DNA from: Octopus vulgaris
Lineage: Eukaryota
NCBI GenBank assembly: GCA_951406725.2
Contig: OX597822.1
Span: forward strand, 3,968,001 to 4,032,000
Reading direction: 5' to 3'
DNA length: 64,000 nucleotides
Shown here: positions 13,427 to 25,560 of the stretch, piece after piece
Position numbering within the stretch: the stretch's first letter is position 1
Layout of the letters: each line of letters begins with the position of its first letter
Notes under the pieces: generated by a model
Told to the model about the DNA's origin: nothing
The model's input: the letters and a program-made list of their open reading frames with translations, nothing else
Database searches by the model: none
Translations under genes and position numbers: made by a program

Positions 13427-13431
<5 letters not shown>
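13293..13431 (+). mobile_element. 5'-truncated copy of the 5623 element starting at the hammerhead motif (13295-13329)
   Basis: gtttCTGACGAagagctccgctcGAAACGTTcaac...ttggattaact, flanked on both sides by (TA)n. Confidence 0.85.
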
Positions 13432-13499
<68 letters not shown>

Positions 13500-13907
13500 G
13501 TATGTACATGCCCACGCGCATGCACACACAGGCACATACAGAAACACACCAACATAAATAAATTTATACAAACATATATATGTGTTTGTGTATAAGCACG
13601 TATACAGGTAATATGACCATTCGGTTAAGCACACGCGCCTGCACGCAATCATATATACTCATGCACGCGCGCACAGATACAGACATACACACCACAGCCA
13701 CACACATACACACACACACACACAGATGCAGCGATACGCACGCGCAGGTACATTCGTTCATTTACACGCAGAAGGGTTAGGTGGAGTAGTAAACTAGTGG
13801 GAGGGAGGGAGAGAGATGAGACAGGACAGGAGACGGTGTGGGAAGAGGAACAGGAGGAACCGAATGACTGATTAAAATAGAAAACTGCGTTTGTTGACAA
13901 CCGTCGA

Positions 13908-14135
13908 TCATTCAGAAGAAACGATGACAAATTCTGTAGAACTTTCAATAACATCATCAATTAGTTGTCCTGTGTTTGAGTTGGTTTCTACTGATGTCTT
14001 CTCAGAAAAATCAACAAAACGAGATGTTATTAATAGCTTCCGTAGAGGCACAGTTTCACAAACAATTGCACACATAACTATACAGACAAATATACACCGA
14101 AATATTCCGTATAGAAAACGTAAGTAAACACACAT
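13908..14135 (-). CDS. Candidate small ORF or exon in unique sequence (75 aa, hydrophobic N-terminus); unverified
   Basis: Non-repetitive ORF; the opposite strand is also open (ATG 13924) and ends at a GTAAGT donor at 14120. No homology recognised. Confidence 0.2.
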   Translation of the reverse strand: MCVYLRFLYGIFRCIFVCIVMCAIVCETVPLRKLLITSRFVDFSEKTSVETNSNTGQLIDDVIESSTEFVIVSSE

Positions 14136-14164
14136 AAATACACAATCATTCGTGACTTATATAC

Positions 14165-14310
14165 ATGAAATAGTTTGCTTCCCAAAACACATGGTTCTGG
14201 GTTCAGTCCTATCGCGTGGCTCCTTGGACAAGAGTATTCTACCGTTGCCTCGAGCCGACCAAAGCCTTGTGAATGGATTTTGTAGACGGAAACTGAAAGG
14301 AGCCCTTCGT
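14165..14310 (+). mobile_element. SINE family A, 5' half
   Basis: ggttcagtcc...ccttggacaag...gccgaccaaagccttgtgaatggattttgtagacggaaactgaaag. Confidence 0.85.
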
Positions 14311-14509
14311 GTGTGTGTGTGTGCGTGTATGTGTGAGTGTGATGTAAGCGGAATAAAGTGAAACTAAAGCAAAACAGGTGTAAAAATAAAATGCATAATT
14401 GTGTTTTTAGCCTGGCTGTTTCTGTAAAATAGGATCTGTAAAAATACGAAGAACAAGATGATCATAAAGATGAAGAGGAAGGAGATGACGTTTGTGTGTA
14501 TGTATAAAT

Positions 14510-14579
<70 letters not shown>

Positions 14580-14876
14580 TTCAGTATACTTGAGTAATAA
14601 AGGTAGAATGAGGTATTTTTGCCTCTTGACAGAAACAGCTGTAAGTTATTTTCCCAATTTATATACATGCATGTTATATTGTTATAATTACTGGTATCTT
14701 TATATATTAATATATTTTATATCTTATATGTAAAGCATATGTTATACATGTATGTATACTCTTGTAATTCTCAGTTTAGTAATTAAATGAATAAATAAGT
14801 TAACGTAATATAATGTCTATAATTGATGAACCACCTATTGATCCCCTTCATTTTCTTGTTGCTCTCTCTCTCTCGA

Positions 14877-14923
<47 letters not shown>

Positions 14924-15014
14924 AATATAAATATTATATAAATATATGCATATATACATACATACATGTACATACCTACATCTATATGTATATATACGTG
15001 CATATATGGGCATT

Positions 15015-15706
15015 GGACATCAAAAAAACGTTGATCACAATCAGAAACGAAAATCCAAAAACGAAAACATGGAAACGAACATTTTTTTCAAACAACGAAA
15101 AATCAGAGTACAAGACATACAACACAAGGAATATTCCCCTTCTTCAGTTGTCCCTGTTTCGTCTACTCCGAGTTACGAAGGTAAGGACAAGGCGCGACTT
15201 CGTTGAAACAGTCCTTCCTGCAAAGCAAATTAAATCAAATTTGGGTTTTTTTTGCGGAGGGGTAAAAATGGTAACAAGAACAGGACAGTAAGAACAAAAC
15301 AAGACAGTAGAAACAGTAAAAGACAGAACAAAGAGAATAACACAGTAAAAACAAACGATGAGGGTTGTAAAGCCAAGGCGACGGAAAAATTATTCTGAAC
15401 GCTTGAGACAGCTTATGAGAGAGACAGGATAAGCGGTTTGATCTTGGTGAAGATAGCAGTTGGAAAGATAGCTTCGCTCTGGTCACGTGTCAGTGACGAG
15501 AGGGTCGAGGAGGAGGAGGAGGGGGTAAGAGAGAGGGAACGGTGAAGGGGAAAGGAGAAGAATAGGGAAGGGTGAGAGAGAAAACCAGAAAGGATGAAAA
15601 ACAAGAGAGGGAGAGAGATAGAGGAGAATTAGTAAAGGTGAAGAGTGCGCATCATAATTATTAAGATAAAACTTACTTGGAAAAGGATGCGTGGCGTTCG
15701 GCCATA
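15015..15706 (-). mobile_element. Probable decayed Penelope-type 3' fragment or non-autonomous repeat between TA tracts
   Basis: Flanked by TA-rich tracts, pyrimidine-rich on the minus strand, contains CTGAAGA and GAAAC remnants; family assignment is inference. Confidence 0.35.
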
Positions 15707-15856
15707 TAATAATATATATAGTATATAAATATATGCACATATACATACATATATTTACATACCTACATCTATATGTATATATACATGCATATATGGGTAC
15801 ATGACATCAAAAAACGTATATATATATATATATATATATAATATACATACACATGC

Positions 15857-15913
<57 letters not shown>

Positions 15914-15915
15914 TA

Positions 15916-16082
15916 CCTGACGGGTTGATTTCAATTTCCGTCTACTAAACTTACTTAAAATGTATTGATCGGCCCGGGAACAAAGTAGAAAACACTTGCT
16001 AAGCGAGCTGCGCAGTTGGCCTGAACCCACGATCGTATGGTTCGGAAGTAAGCATTTTAACCACATTGTTACAACTGCGCTT
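15916..16082 (-). mobile_element. SINE family A, degenerate 5' half
   Basis: tttccgtctac...tcggcccggga...acacttgc...ctgaaccc. Confidence 0.75.
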
Positions 16083-16322
16083 ACTAGTTACAGAATCCTA
16101 AAACAAGCTAGAATTTTTCTATGTAGGTTAGATTACATTGGATTACATAGGATAATAGTTACATAGAATATAGAATGCATATAATTAATCTCTAATCCAG
16201 GTAAATCAACTCTTGAGAAATGTGGTACTATAACTTCACTTTCAATGCTTATCGCTTTGCAAGAGAAATAAATGGTAAAATCATGGTTTCTGGCAACTAT
16301 TTTCGTATTTTAATAGTAAATA

Positions 16323-16837
16323 CTAGCAGTATCGCCCGGCGTTGCTCGGGTTTGTAAGGGAAATAACTATATAAGCATTTTTAGAGAGTTACTTCCCTTA
16401 TAGATGCCAATTCGGGCTTTCTTTGCCATTTCTGTTTTGGTGTCTTCAAGCCATGAAGTCGTTGTTCTAAAAGAACGCTGGTCTCCTTAACAACGCTTTA
16501 CGACGTTGATTTCCTTACACTCCCTTCCCCACAGCTTCACGAGGGAGGGAAGAAGGGGGAGAAGCAAACAGGTGCAGGTGTTTGAGCGTGGACGCCAACT
16601 CCGCCGCCATCGACACACGAAAAATTATGCATTAAGATGGAATATAAAATGATGTTAAATTATTTTTAAAATCGTAGACTCATCGTAGACGCGCGCTAAT
16701 ACTCAGACGGGCTCGATATGAATCACGACTATAAGATACCCGAATTTGGTTAAACTGCACCGCAAAATGTGGGAGGAGTTAGGAATCTAAATCGAAGGGG
16801 ACAGACACTCACACAACTACAGTTTTATATATATAGA
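16323..16837 (-). mobile_element. Non-autonomous Helitron
   Basis: Minus strand begins TCTATATATATAAAA, ends with hairpin cccgagcaacgccggg then cgatactgCTAG, and sits between A and T. Confidence 0.85.
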
Positions 16838-17269
16838 TATTAAATCTGATATTACTGGTTAAAACACGTACATAAGCACACACGCACATACACACATATA
16901 TTCACAAAGATGTTTGTGTTCGTGTGACATACATACACACTCACATATATACATATACATACTTTACATTCATATAATGATATAAGCAGATGCACATATA
17001 GGTGCGTGAGTGTTTGCCCGAGCGCATGCGTTAAAAGTTAACATCAAGAATATCAACAACAAAAAAAGAGATGAAAACCAGTTGGAACGGTATCACAGTC
17101 TGCGAAAAATTTGAAGTCGTTGGAAGTAAGTTTGACGTTCCGAGTTTAATACCTTTACAAGAGGAGAGAGAAGAAAGAGCAGGTCGAAATACAGACTAAC
17201 ACACGTTATACCTATATACATAAGAAATGGTGCATGATGTCCATAAGGAAATAATAATAGGCGAAATGC

Positions 17270-18630
17270 TGATTTCAAATTTAGGCAAAATGACAGTAAA
17301 TATGTGGGAGGAATAAGTCGATTCCATGGACCCCAGTGTTCAGCTGGTACTAATTTTATCTACCCCGAAATGATTTAAGGCAAAGTCGATCATGGTGGAA
17401 TTTGAACTCAGAGCGCAAAGACGGACGAAATGCTGCTAGGCATTTTGCTCAACGTTTCTAAAGTTTTTTCCAGCTCGCCATCCTGTAATAATAGATGAAA
17501 TATTGATTTCATATCTTGACACAAGGCCAGTAAATTTGCAGGTGGGGTTAAGTCAACTACATCGACCCCAGTACTCAGCTGGTACTTATTCTATCGAGCC
17601 CGAAAAGATCACCCCACAAAGTCGACCTCAGCGCAATTTTAACCCAGAACGTTAACGGATGAAACGCCGCAAAGCATTTTTCCCGATGTACTAACGATTG
17701 TTCCAGCTGGCCGCCTTGCATTAATACAAGAAATATTAATATGAAAAATATTACAACTGAGGGTGACGTAACAAATACAACTAATCATAGAAATATAAAA
17801 TCGTATAGGTATAAGATATACCCATATACTGTATCATAAATAGCTAGATAGTTGATTAAATCATCTCTAATATTCACTAGTATTGAAGTCTATCATCCTC
17901 AGAAAGAGGAAAAACATTTGTGACTTAATGTTGATGTGAATTCAGAACGTAAAAGACACTTAAGTAAATACTCTGCGATCTTTTGGTCGGCTTCATATTG
18001 ACTCAGTGAATCTGCTGATTTGATTCGGGAATTAAGGATATTTTATAAGAAAGGTTTCAAGAGCAAGAGTTTTGAAGGGTGGGACGGGCAGGAGGGAGGT
18101 TAATCGATTACATCACCTTTAGCATGTTAGTGCTTTGTCTTGCAGGGCCCAGAAGTATGTAAGTTAAAGTTGGCCACAGCGGGACTTTGAACTCGGAATA
18201 TAACGAACTGTAATTAAACACTGAAAGACATTTTGCCCGACCCTCAGGGGATCAAGCTTATCAATTGCTCTGATCCATGAATTAACACTCTAATGCTCGT
18301 TTTTATGTGTAAGTTACATTTCAACGGTTTTAAACACACACACACACACACACACATACATTCACAAATATAAGCAGGAACAAATAAGAACGTTTATTGA
18401 GAAAAACTGGTTCATGATTTAGGGACAAGGCCAGTACTTTGTAGGGAAAGGAGCGACCTGTGATATCATTCACTGGTACTGTGCTTTATCGATCCCAAAG
18501 AGAAAAATAAGCAAATCCTGCCTCGAAGAGATACGAACTCCGGGCACAAAGAGCCAGAGGAAAATTCTGCGAAGTATTTATTTGTTTCTTGTTCTCCCGA
18601 TACCTCAACAGTCCCACTAAACCGCTGCCC
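17270..18630 (-). mobile_element. Cluster of co-oriented, partly tandem family-B SINE copies (~17270, 17504, 17925, 18050, 18410)
   Basis: Repeated gaccccagt...ctggtact...aaagtcgac...tttgaactcagaacgt motif at varying decay. Confidence 0.8.
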
Positions 18631-18650
18631 TCATCTGTAAATTAATATAT

Positions 18651-18884
18651 ATTTCTTTACTTCCCACAAGGAGCTAAACACAGAGGGGGACAAAGAAGGG
18701 CAGACAAAGGGATTAAGTCGATTACATCGACCCCAGTGCGAAACTGGTACTTAATTTATCGACCCCGAAATGATGAAAGGCAAAGTCGACCTCGGCGGAA
18801 TTTGAACTCAGAACATAATGGCAGACGAAATACTGCTAAGCATTTCGCCCGGCGTGCTAACGGTTCTGTCAGCTCCCACCGCCT
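18651..18884 (-). mobile_element. Young family-B SINE with 17 bp perfect TSD
   Basis: TSD tctgtaaattaatatat at 18634-18650 and 18885-18901; B-box gagttcaaattcc. Confidence 0.95.
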
Positions 18885-19399
18885 TCTGTAAATTAATATA
18901 TTACGCTTGTTTTTCTGTGTATCTCTCATTTTAACGGTACATTCACCACAGATTCATAAATATAAACGAGGGCAAATAAGAAAATATTTATTACGGAATA
19001 TTGACAAATAGAAACAAGCAGCGATGTGATGTGAAGTGAGACTTTTCTGTGTAATTTATTGGTTAACATGAGGATAAATGAGGAGGCGGGGAGTTTATTA
19101 GAGACAGACATAAAGAAAGAGAATTGGGGGAAATAGATTTATAGCATGATGGATTTCGTTTGCGTTGTGTATTTTAAGTGAGCAGAATTGTAGATTTAGT
19201 GGTGTGTTTGAGTGTTTGTGCGTGACTCTGTATGTGTGAGTGTGTGAGTGTGTAAGTGTGCGGAGGGGGGGGGGGAACGTATGCATTTGGGTACGTACTG
19301 ATGTATTAATATTTGCGTTAATTGATTCTATATGTGTATATGCGTATGTATTCAGTTATTTGTGTATGTATGAATCTCTATGTCTGAAAGTGTGTGTGT

Positions 19400-19730
19400 G
19401 TGTGTGTGCGCGCATGCATGTGATGTGTGTGTGTGCGTGTGTGTGAGTGTGTGTGTCTGTGTGTGTGCGCGCGTGCATGTGATGTGTGTGTGTGCGTGTG
19501 TGTGAGTGTGTGTGTCTGTGTGTGTGCGCGCATGCATGTGATGTGTGTGTGTGCGTGTGTGTGAGTGTGTGTGTCTGTGTGTGTGCGCGCGTGCATGTGA
19601 TGTGTGTGTGTGCGTGTGTGTGAGTGTGTGTGTCTGTGTGTGTGCGCGCATGCATGTGATGTGTGTGTGTGCGTGTGTATGTGTGTGACTGTGTGTGTGT
19701 GCGCGTGCATGTGATGTGTGTGTGTCTGTG
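19400..19730. repeat. ~59 bp-period minisatellite built from (TG)n
   Basis: gcatgtgatgtgtg...gagtgtgtgtgtctgtg recurs about every 59 bp, 5-6 units. Confidence 0.9.
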
Positions 19731-19887
19731 TACATATATATATAGAAATATATGCATACATACGTGTTTGCATGTATGATTGTATGTATGTATGCATATA
19801 TATGCATATTTGAAGAGTTATATATGTTTGTATGTGTATATATATATAGATATATAGATATACATATAAATATATATGTATATATAT

Positions 19888-19918
<31 letters not shown>

Positions 19919-20599
19919 CATATATATACATACGCAAATATACATACATAATTGCATGGATGCATTTGTATATGTATGTTTGATGTTCTCGCTTGGCTGA
20001 TTTAAGTGGAACGAATTAAAGATAAGAAACACGTGAAGCCTCGCCAAATTAGCCTAAATTAAACTGCACCAGACGACCTGAAACTAACACATTTTTCCTT
20101 CAATAGAATTACAGCTTCCTCTTCCTTAGATGTCTAGGATAAATGATAACCCAATATTTGCCGTTACGCTTGCTCGGAAATTACGTACCATATAGTAAAC
20201 AGCCGCTAGTTTGGCCTCGCTGGGCAAGCTGTATGAAATCAGGAATCTTAGTACAGGCGATTGTTAATAGTAAAGTGAATGTAATTACAGTATTGAAAAC
20301 ATAATGAAAACGTAATTTTGTGTAGAAAAAATGATTGAAAATTTTTGTATATCGAGACAATGGAAGTATGTTAAACAACGGTCATAGGAACGGTGTAATT
20401 GATGAAAGACATAACTGAAAATTTCAAAATCCTAATATAAGAATTGGTATGAACTGATTATAGTAATTGATTATGTTAATTTATGAGTGTAAATTTCATC
20501 TGATATATTTAGAAACTCGGGGATTTTCTTTTTTTTCTCATATCTATATTTGTGTGCTTTAAAATCTATTTGATATGATGCTTTCGTTCATTAATTTCG

Positions 20600-20840
20600 A
20601 TACCTTTGTACTCCTGCGCAGATATAGACGCCCTCTCGATCCTTCCTGCCCAACCGAATTTCCAGGTCGTCATGGACAGAGCGAAAGCAGCACTAACCTT
20701 GTACTCATCTTCAGCTGAGTGGACTGGAGGAACTTGGAATCGTTGTCTTGCCTAAGATAACATACCATTCCATCTAGGAATCAAATTCATGTCATTATGA
20801 TCATGAGTTTAACACCTTAACCTCTGAACTAAAAGCCTTC
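20600..20840 (-). mobile_element. Decayed family-D-type SINE
   Basis: cagctgagtggactggag...gtcttgcctaaga...ggaatcaaattcatg, as in 30714-31022. Confidence 0.65.
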
Positions 20841-21088
20841 CTAATTTCTTTGACTAACTGAATAAATTTGACTTTGCTTTAATGGCCTTTGTATCCAAAA
20901 TTCATATGTAACTGAGGCGGTCCCATATGTTTTGTGTGAGACTGAAATATCTACGTTGCCTTATTTGTACTCTGCAAAAGTTGACGTGAAAAGGTAGCAT
21001 AACTTTTTTTTTTTATTAACTGGCCTACATAGTTTAAATAGCATCTGTAATAGCTTTTTCCCCGACAGAGCTTCTCCATTTCAAGCAC

Positions 21089-21779
21089 ATGATGGATCTC
21101 GAGCAAAATAACGCGCCGTCCTTTACTTCATGACGAAAGCGTGGTGCAGAGTGCTTGATATCCACAGAAGGTTTGATGTTATTTACGAAGATGACACCAT
21201 TGACAAAAGCAATGAAAATAATTGAATGAAAAAAGTTTACGAAAGAGGAAACTGGTACTGAAAACAAACTAAGCAGTGGGGAAACTACCAACTACAACCA
21301 CAGACACGAATCGCCAGAGAGTGGAGGACTTATTTCGCGAAGACAAACAAGTCGGAACCCGTGATTTTGCTGCTCAATGGGATTGTGTTCGCAATGCATT
21401 AGAGAAGATGGTGGAGGATATGAGCTATCGAAAAGTAAGTACCTTAACAACTGATATCTGAATAGAAGAGAAGCATATAAGTCCCCCTCGATCCTCTGGA
21501 AGCGTTTGAAACCAATAACGCTTTACATTTTCGCCGATCTGGTGACAGAGTATGAAACGTGAATGTATCTTTCCGAGTAAGAAACGAAGGCTCAGTCCAA
21601 GGAATGGTGTCATATATTTATTCCAAGTCCTAAGAAGTACAAGAGCCAGCGATCAGCACAGAAATTCATGCTGGCTCTATTTTGGGGACGACAAGGAAAT
21701 ATTTCTTATTGGTTTCTGGAGAACGCCTGAACCGTGAACAGGGAGCGGTACATTGGTACAATCAAAATGCTTTCAGAAG
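21089..21779 (+). mobile_element. Mariner (DD34D-type) transposase relic, truncated by an LTR
   Basis: Frameshifted translation includes DIHRRFDVIYEDD, NRQRVEDLFRED, SYRKV and LVTEYET*MYLSE*ETKAQSKEW...PKKYKSQRSAQKFMLALFW, matching mariner IVTGDETW..ETKxQSxEW..KxMxxVFWD. Confidence 0.85.
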
Positions 21780-22176
21780 TGTTACGATCAGACAAATTCT
21801 AAGATATGAAAGGGGCGAACTTCTGAACGCAACAACAGAATTGTAAAATCAGTGAATTAACATTCAAAGATGAAATTATGAAACAAAAAGGCATTTTATA
21901 TAAGTCAATTAAAGGATATATATGATATTTTAGCAATCCATTTGCAAATAAGTTCATATCAAAAGAATTTCATGTCCAGTCTTCGAGTGTTCAAAGTAAT
22001 GTCCGATCCGTATGCAGCTCTCTCTCGTATTTTGTACTATCCACGCAATGCCGTTGCTGTCTTCTGAACTCTCTCTCATCACAAGCGCTTATCTCTCCTC
22101 ATTCAGTAAACATTGTAAGTTCTCTTCCTTCATTATATTTTCTCGTTATTTGCACTGATTATAGATATATATAACA
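21780..22176 (-). mobile_element. 3' LTR (397 bp) of a Gypsy element
   Basis: Termini TGTTA...TAACA; preceded on the minus strand by polypurine tract aagggggagaa (22177-22187). Confidence 0.8.
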
Positions 22177-22286
22177 TTCTCCCCCTTAAAGGAAGAAAGT
22201 TGAACGCAGTGAACACATTCTTATTTACAATGACAAAATATGAGAACTGCATAAGGGATACAAATACGTGTAACATCCTGTCAGAG

Positions 22287-22643
22287 TCAGCTGACTCGAG
22301 AAAGTGCATCCGCAATTACATTGTCTTTACCTTTAATATATTAAATATTGAGATTAAATTCTTGCAAAGTTAAACTCCATCTCATTAATCTCTGATTTTT
22401 GTTCTTCATCTTGTGCAGAAAAGTCAGCGGATTGTGGTCGGTTAATACTTCAATGGGATACTTGGTGGGTCCCAAATATACGTCAAAATGTTGCAATGAC
22501 AACAACAAAGCAAGGGTTCCTTTCTCAATGATAGAATAATTTCGCTGGTGTTTCTCAATTTTCTTTGAGTAATAGCAAACAGGATGATCAACACCCTTTG
22601 CATCTGATTGAAACAGAACACCACCGACACCAATGTCACTTGC
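22287..22643 (-). pseudogene. Ty3/Gypsy RNase H domain ending the pol ORF (Gmr1-like order)
   Basis: Manual translation: ASDIGVGGVLFQ...HPVCYYSKK...QRNYSIIEKGTLAL...FDVYL...LTDHNPLTFL...[33 protein letters not shown]. Confidence 0.92.
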
Positions 22644-22649
22644 TATTGC

Positions 22650-23169
22650 CTTCCCATTTGATCATGATTCAGACAAGTTGAAAGAAGAATGTGAGCATTT
22701 GAAATTTGATGGATTTGGCTGAGAATGCTAACCCAAGGTTAAATGATTCTGAAGCGTTAGCAAATATTCATGAAAAGATAGCTAAACTTACTCCAGAACA
22801 ACAATGTCAATTGTCAGATTTGCTTCATGAATACGTACACTTATTCCTGGATTACCTGGTCGTACTGATTTAGTTAGTCATGATATTGATGTTGGTGATT
22901 CAAAACCTGTTAAACAACATCCTTATCGACTTAACCCACTTAAGTTGGAACATCTCCGAAAAGAGATCAACTACATGTTGGAAAATGACATCATTGAACC
23001 AAATGACAGTGAGTGGAGCTCGCCGTACATCCTAGTACTGAAGCCTGATGATACTTTTCGCTGTCATACAGACCTAAAGCGAATGAACTCTTTGTCTAAG
23101 ACAGATTCATACCCCATACCAAGAATTGATGACAGTATAGATTGAATCGGTCAAGCCAAATATGTGAGT
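22650..23169 (+). pseudogene. Ty3/Gypsy reverse transcriptase N-terminal fragment
   Basis: PGRTDLVSHDIDVGDSKPVKQHPYRLNP...YMLENDIIEPNDSEWSSPYILVLKPD...DSYPIPRIDDSID*IGQAKYVS. Confidence 0.92.
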
Positions 23170-23470
23170 GTCTTCTGCAACAGTCTCGGATGATCAGTCA
23201 CTTCCGATTGAATTTTGTATACGGAGACTGTGGAAGTCCGTCGTGTGTGTGAGGGGGTGCTTTTTGTGTGTCAACACCACCGTATGACAACCGGTGCTGG
23301 TTTATTTACGTCTCCGTAACTTACTGGTTTGGCAAAAGTGACCCATAGTATACTACCAGATTTTAGAAATAAGTAGTGAAGGCCATTATGTTCAACCAAA
23401 CACTTAAAAGTGATGCCCCTGCTTAGACGCAGTTCAATGACTGAAACAAGCAAAGGATAAAAGGTTATAA
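23167..23470 (+). mobile_element. SINE family A, headless and degenerate, truncating the RT fragment
   Basis: gtgtcttct...tgacaaccggtgctggtt...ccgtaactta...cgcagttcaatgactgaaacaag. Confidence 0.75.
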
Positions 23471-24699
23471 AACAGGTGACATCAGTGATAATATTTTAGG
23501 TTTCTTTTGCAATATGTTGAAATGTATTCTATTAGCTCAGAGTAAAAAGAGCAATGTTTTTTGTCTCATTTCAATGTATATAAAACTGGTGAGAGAAAGA
23601 TATCGTCGGACCAGTAACGTAGTGTGAATGCTTGCAAGCGTAGAGACTACCTTAAAAGGCGCCCGTGGCCCAGATGGGAGCATTAAACCCACCGGTAGAT
23701 CAAGGAACCGCCCCTAAAACAGGCTTTCGTCCACCAGCTTCATTATATTTACAAAACTTTCGTCATCTTGAGGCTAAAGTTAAAAAAAAGAAAGAAATCG
23801 TACCTAAATAGATACATTCTGAGATCGAACCCGAAACTATCTTGAGTCAAAGTTAATTTACTAAACCATACATCCATGCCTCTGCCTCTAATGAATCACA
23901 AATACTTCAATAATGCTATCTTTGACTGTGTTGCAATTACATGATTCAATGCACCCGATTACCTCATCACCGTTTTTATTTCCCAGGAATCCAAAGTACT
24001 GAATTCAGCACTTTAACAAATCGTTCTTCCTTTATACAGATTTCCATTTGGAATTCTTTCTCCCGTTTCTTTTTTCCTTTCTTTGCCATATATTAATCTA
24101 CAACAGTCCAAAACTAATATTAACTGCACTAATTTCACTTCACCTCAAACAGTTCTGGATATTTTCAAGGATCCACACGTTTGATCGAACAAATAGAGTT
24201 AAGCTATATAATCCACCACCAAACAAAGCAAGCTATTAAAATATTTCTACAGACGTTATCTAAACCGGAAGCAACCTTACAAATACAGCACTTCACTTTA
24301 CTGTTTTTGATCGCTTCAAAATGGTTAGTGTAAATACGGTATTTTAAGCCCTCATATCAAATGTTGGTTTATTTTTACAAAGACGCGAAGGCCCTATTTT
24401 CTACAAGAAGTGATAAGGATGTTTTGACATCTATGCCTTCCTACTATCACTAAAGTAAATAACTTCAACCAATGCTTGAAACTACGCAGGAGTTTCGGCT
24501 TACCGCAGCTTATCACACACTCCTTATGTCCTTGTTTTAAATATTTGTTAGTTTATGTCCTTTGATATTTCTTTCAAAATATAATACCAGTTGAGTACTG
24601 AGGCGATTTAATCGCTTATATTCTTCCAAATATGTGGCTTCGTGCTAATTTTAGAAATCTTTAAATATCTATGCATCAGGATTGTTTTCGCTTATAAGA

Positions 24700-25130
24700 A
24701 TAGCAATATTTTAATAAATGTCCTTGAAAATTAGATAATCATCTAACGAGTTGAATATCAAATCTATAAATTGCAACTTTTCCTTGAAAAGAATCAGAAT
24801 TTTGAAATTAAACTTCTATAAAAGAATTCAAAACCGTGGTGCAAGTTTAAATACCAACCATTTATTCAAAGATTCCATCTTCTGTTTAATCCTAATATCA
24901 CTCTCCAAACCGAACAATTTTTACTCAAAATCAGCCTTCGTTATTTCATCAACACAAGCCCAAATACCTGATTCCTTGCATTCTGTATATTCAAAATAAA
25001 ACAAATATTCTGAAACCCACAAATGTTATATATGCTTAACCTATTTTTCGCTTCCTCTTTTCCTATCAATTCCTGACGAAAGAGAAATTTCCGAAACGTC
25101 GATATGTCTTTCTTTACCTTTTTGGTATCG
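24700..25130 (+). mobile_element. Possible decayed Penelope 3' end with a hammerhead remnant (25073-25100)
   Basis: CTGACGA...cGAAACGTC with palindromic ACGT; stems I and II are degraded and upstream coding similarity is weak. Confidence 0.35.
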
Positions 25131-25269
25131 TACATAGGTATAGCCTATACTTTTGTCTGAGTTTAATTTTTCCTCATAATTTGGCCTCACAAAGAAGAAT
25201 CGAGACGATTCGAAAGATATTAGCGATCAAAATGAAACGAAGCAGTTTCACAAGAATTATGTGGTTCTG

Positions 25270-25560
25270 AGGCCTGCTAAAAACAGCAAGCAAATTTACT
25301 TCATAGCAGACGCTACTGTCTTAAACATTGAAGGGGACATTGGATAACGTATCAGAAAAAAAACGGCGGTTATGACTGAAGCAACTTTATTTATGTCTTC
25401 TTGTTATTCGTTAACCTGGGGATTAATAACGACCTTCTATATTAAAATAGAAAGGACACATATAGCAATAGAGTCCTCTCTATATAAGATATAAGGGATG
25501 GTCATAGCTGGAATGCCTTTGATCGTTTCCTCAACCAGTGTGAACAGGTTTAACAACAAC
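25270..25560 (+). repeat. Two decayed copies of a dispersed repeat tail (also ~44075-44212 and ~57850-58035)
   Basis: Shared order: tagcagccaaat-like, ggacacattggata-like, ggtcatagctggaatgcctttgatc, ...taaacaacaac-like. Confidence 0.5.

Noticed and set aside
15130-15200. Minus-strand GAAAC followed by CTGAAGA, suggesting a type II hammerhead
   Set aside because: I could not build stems I and III or place a cleavage triplet.
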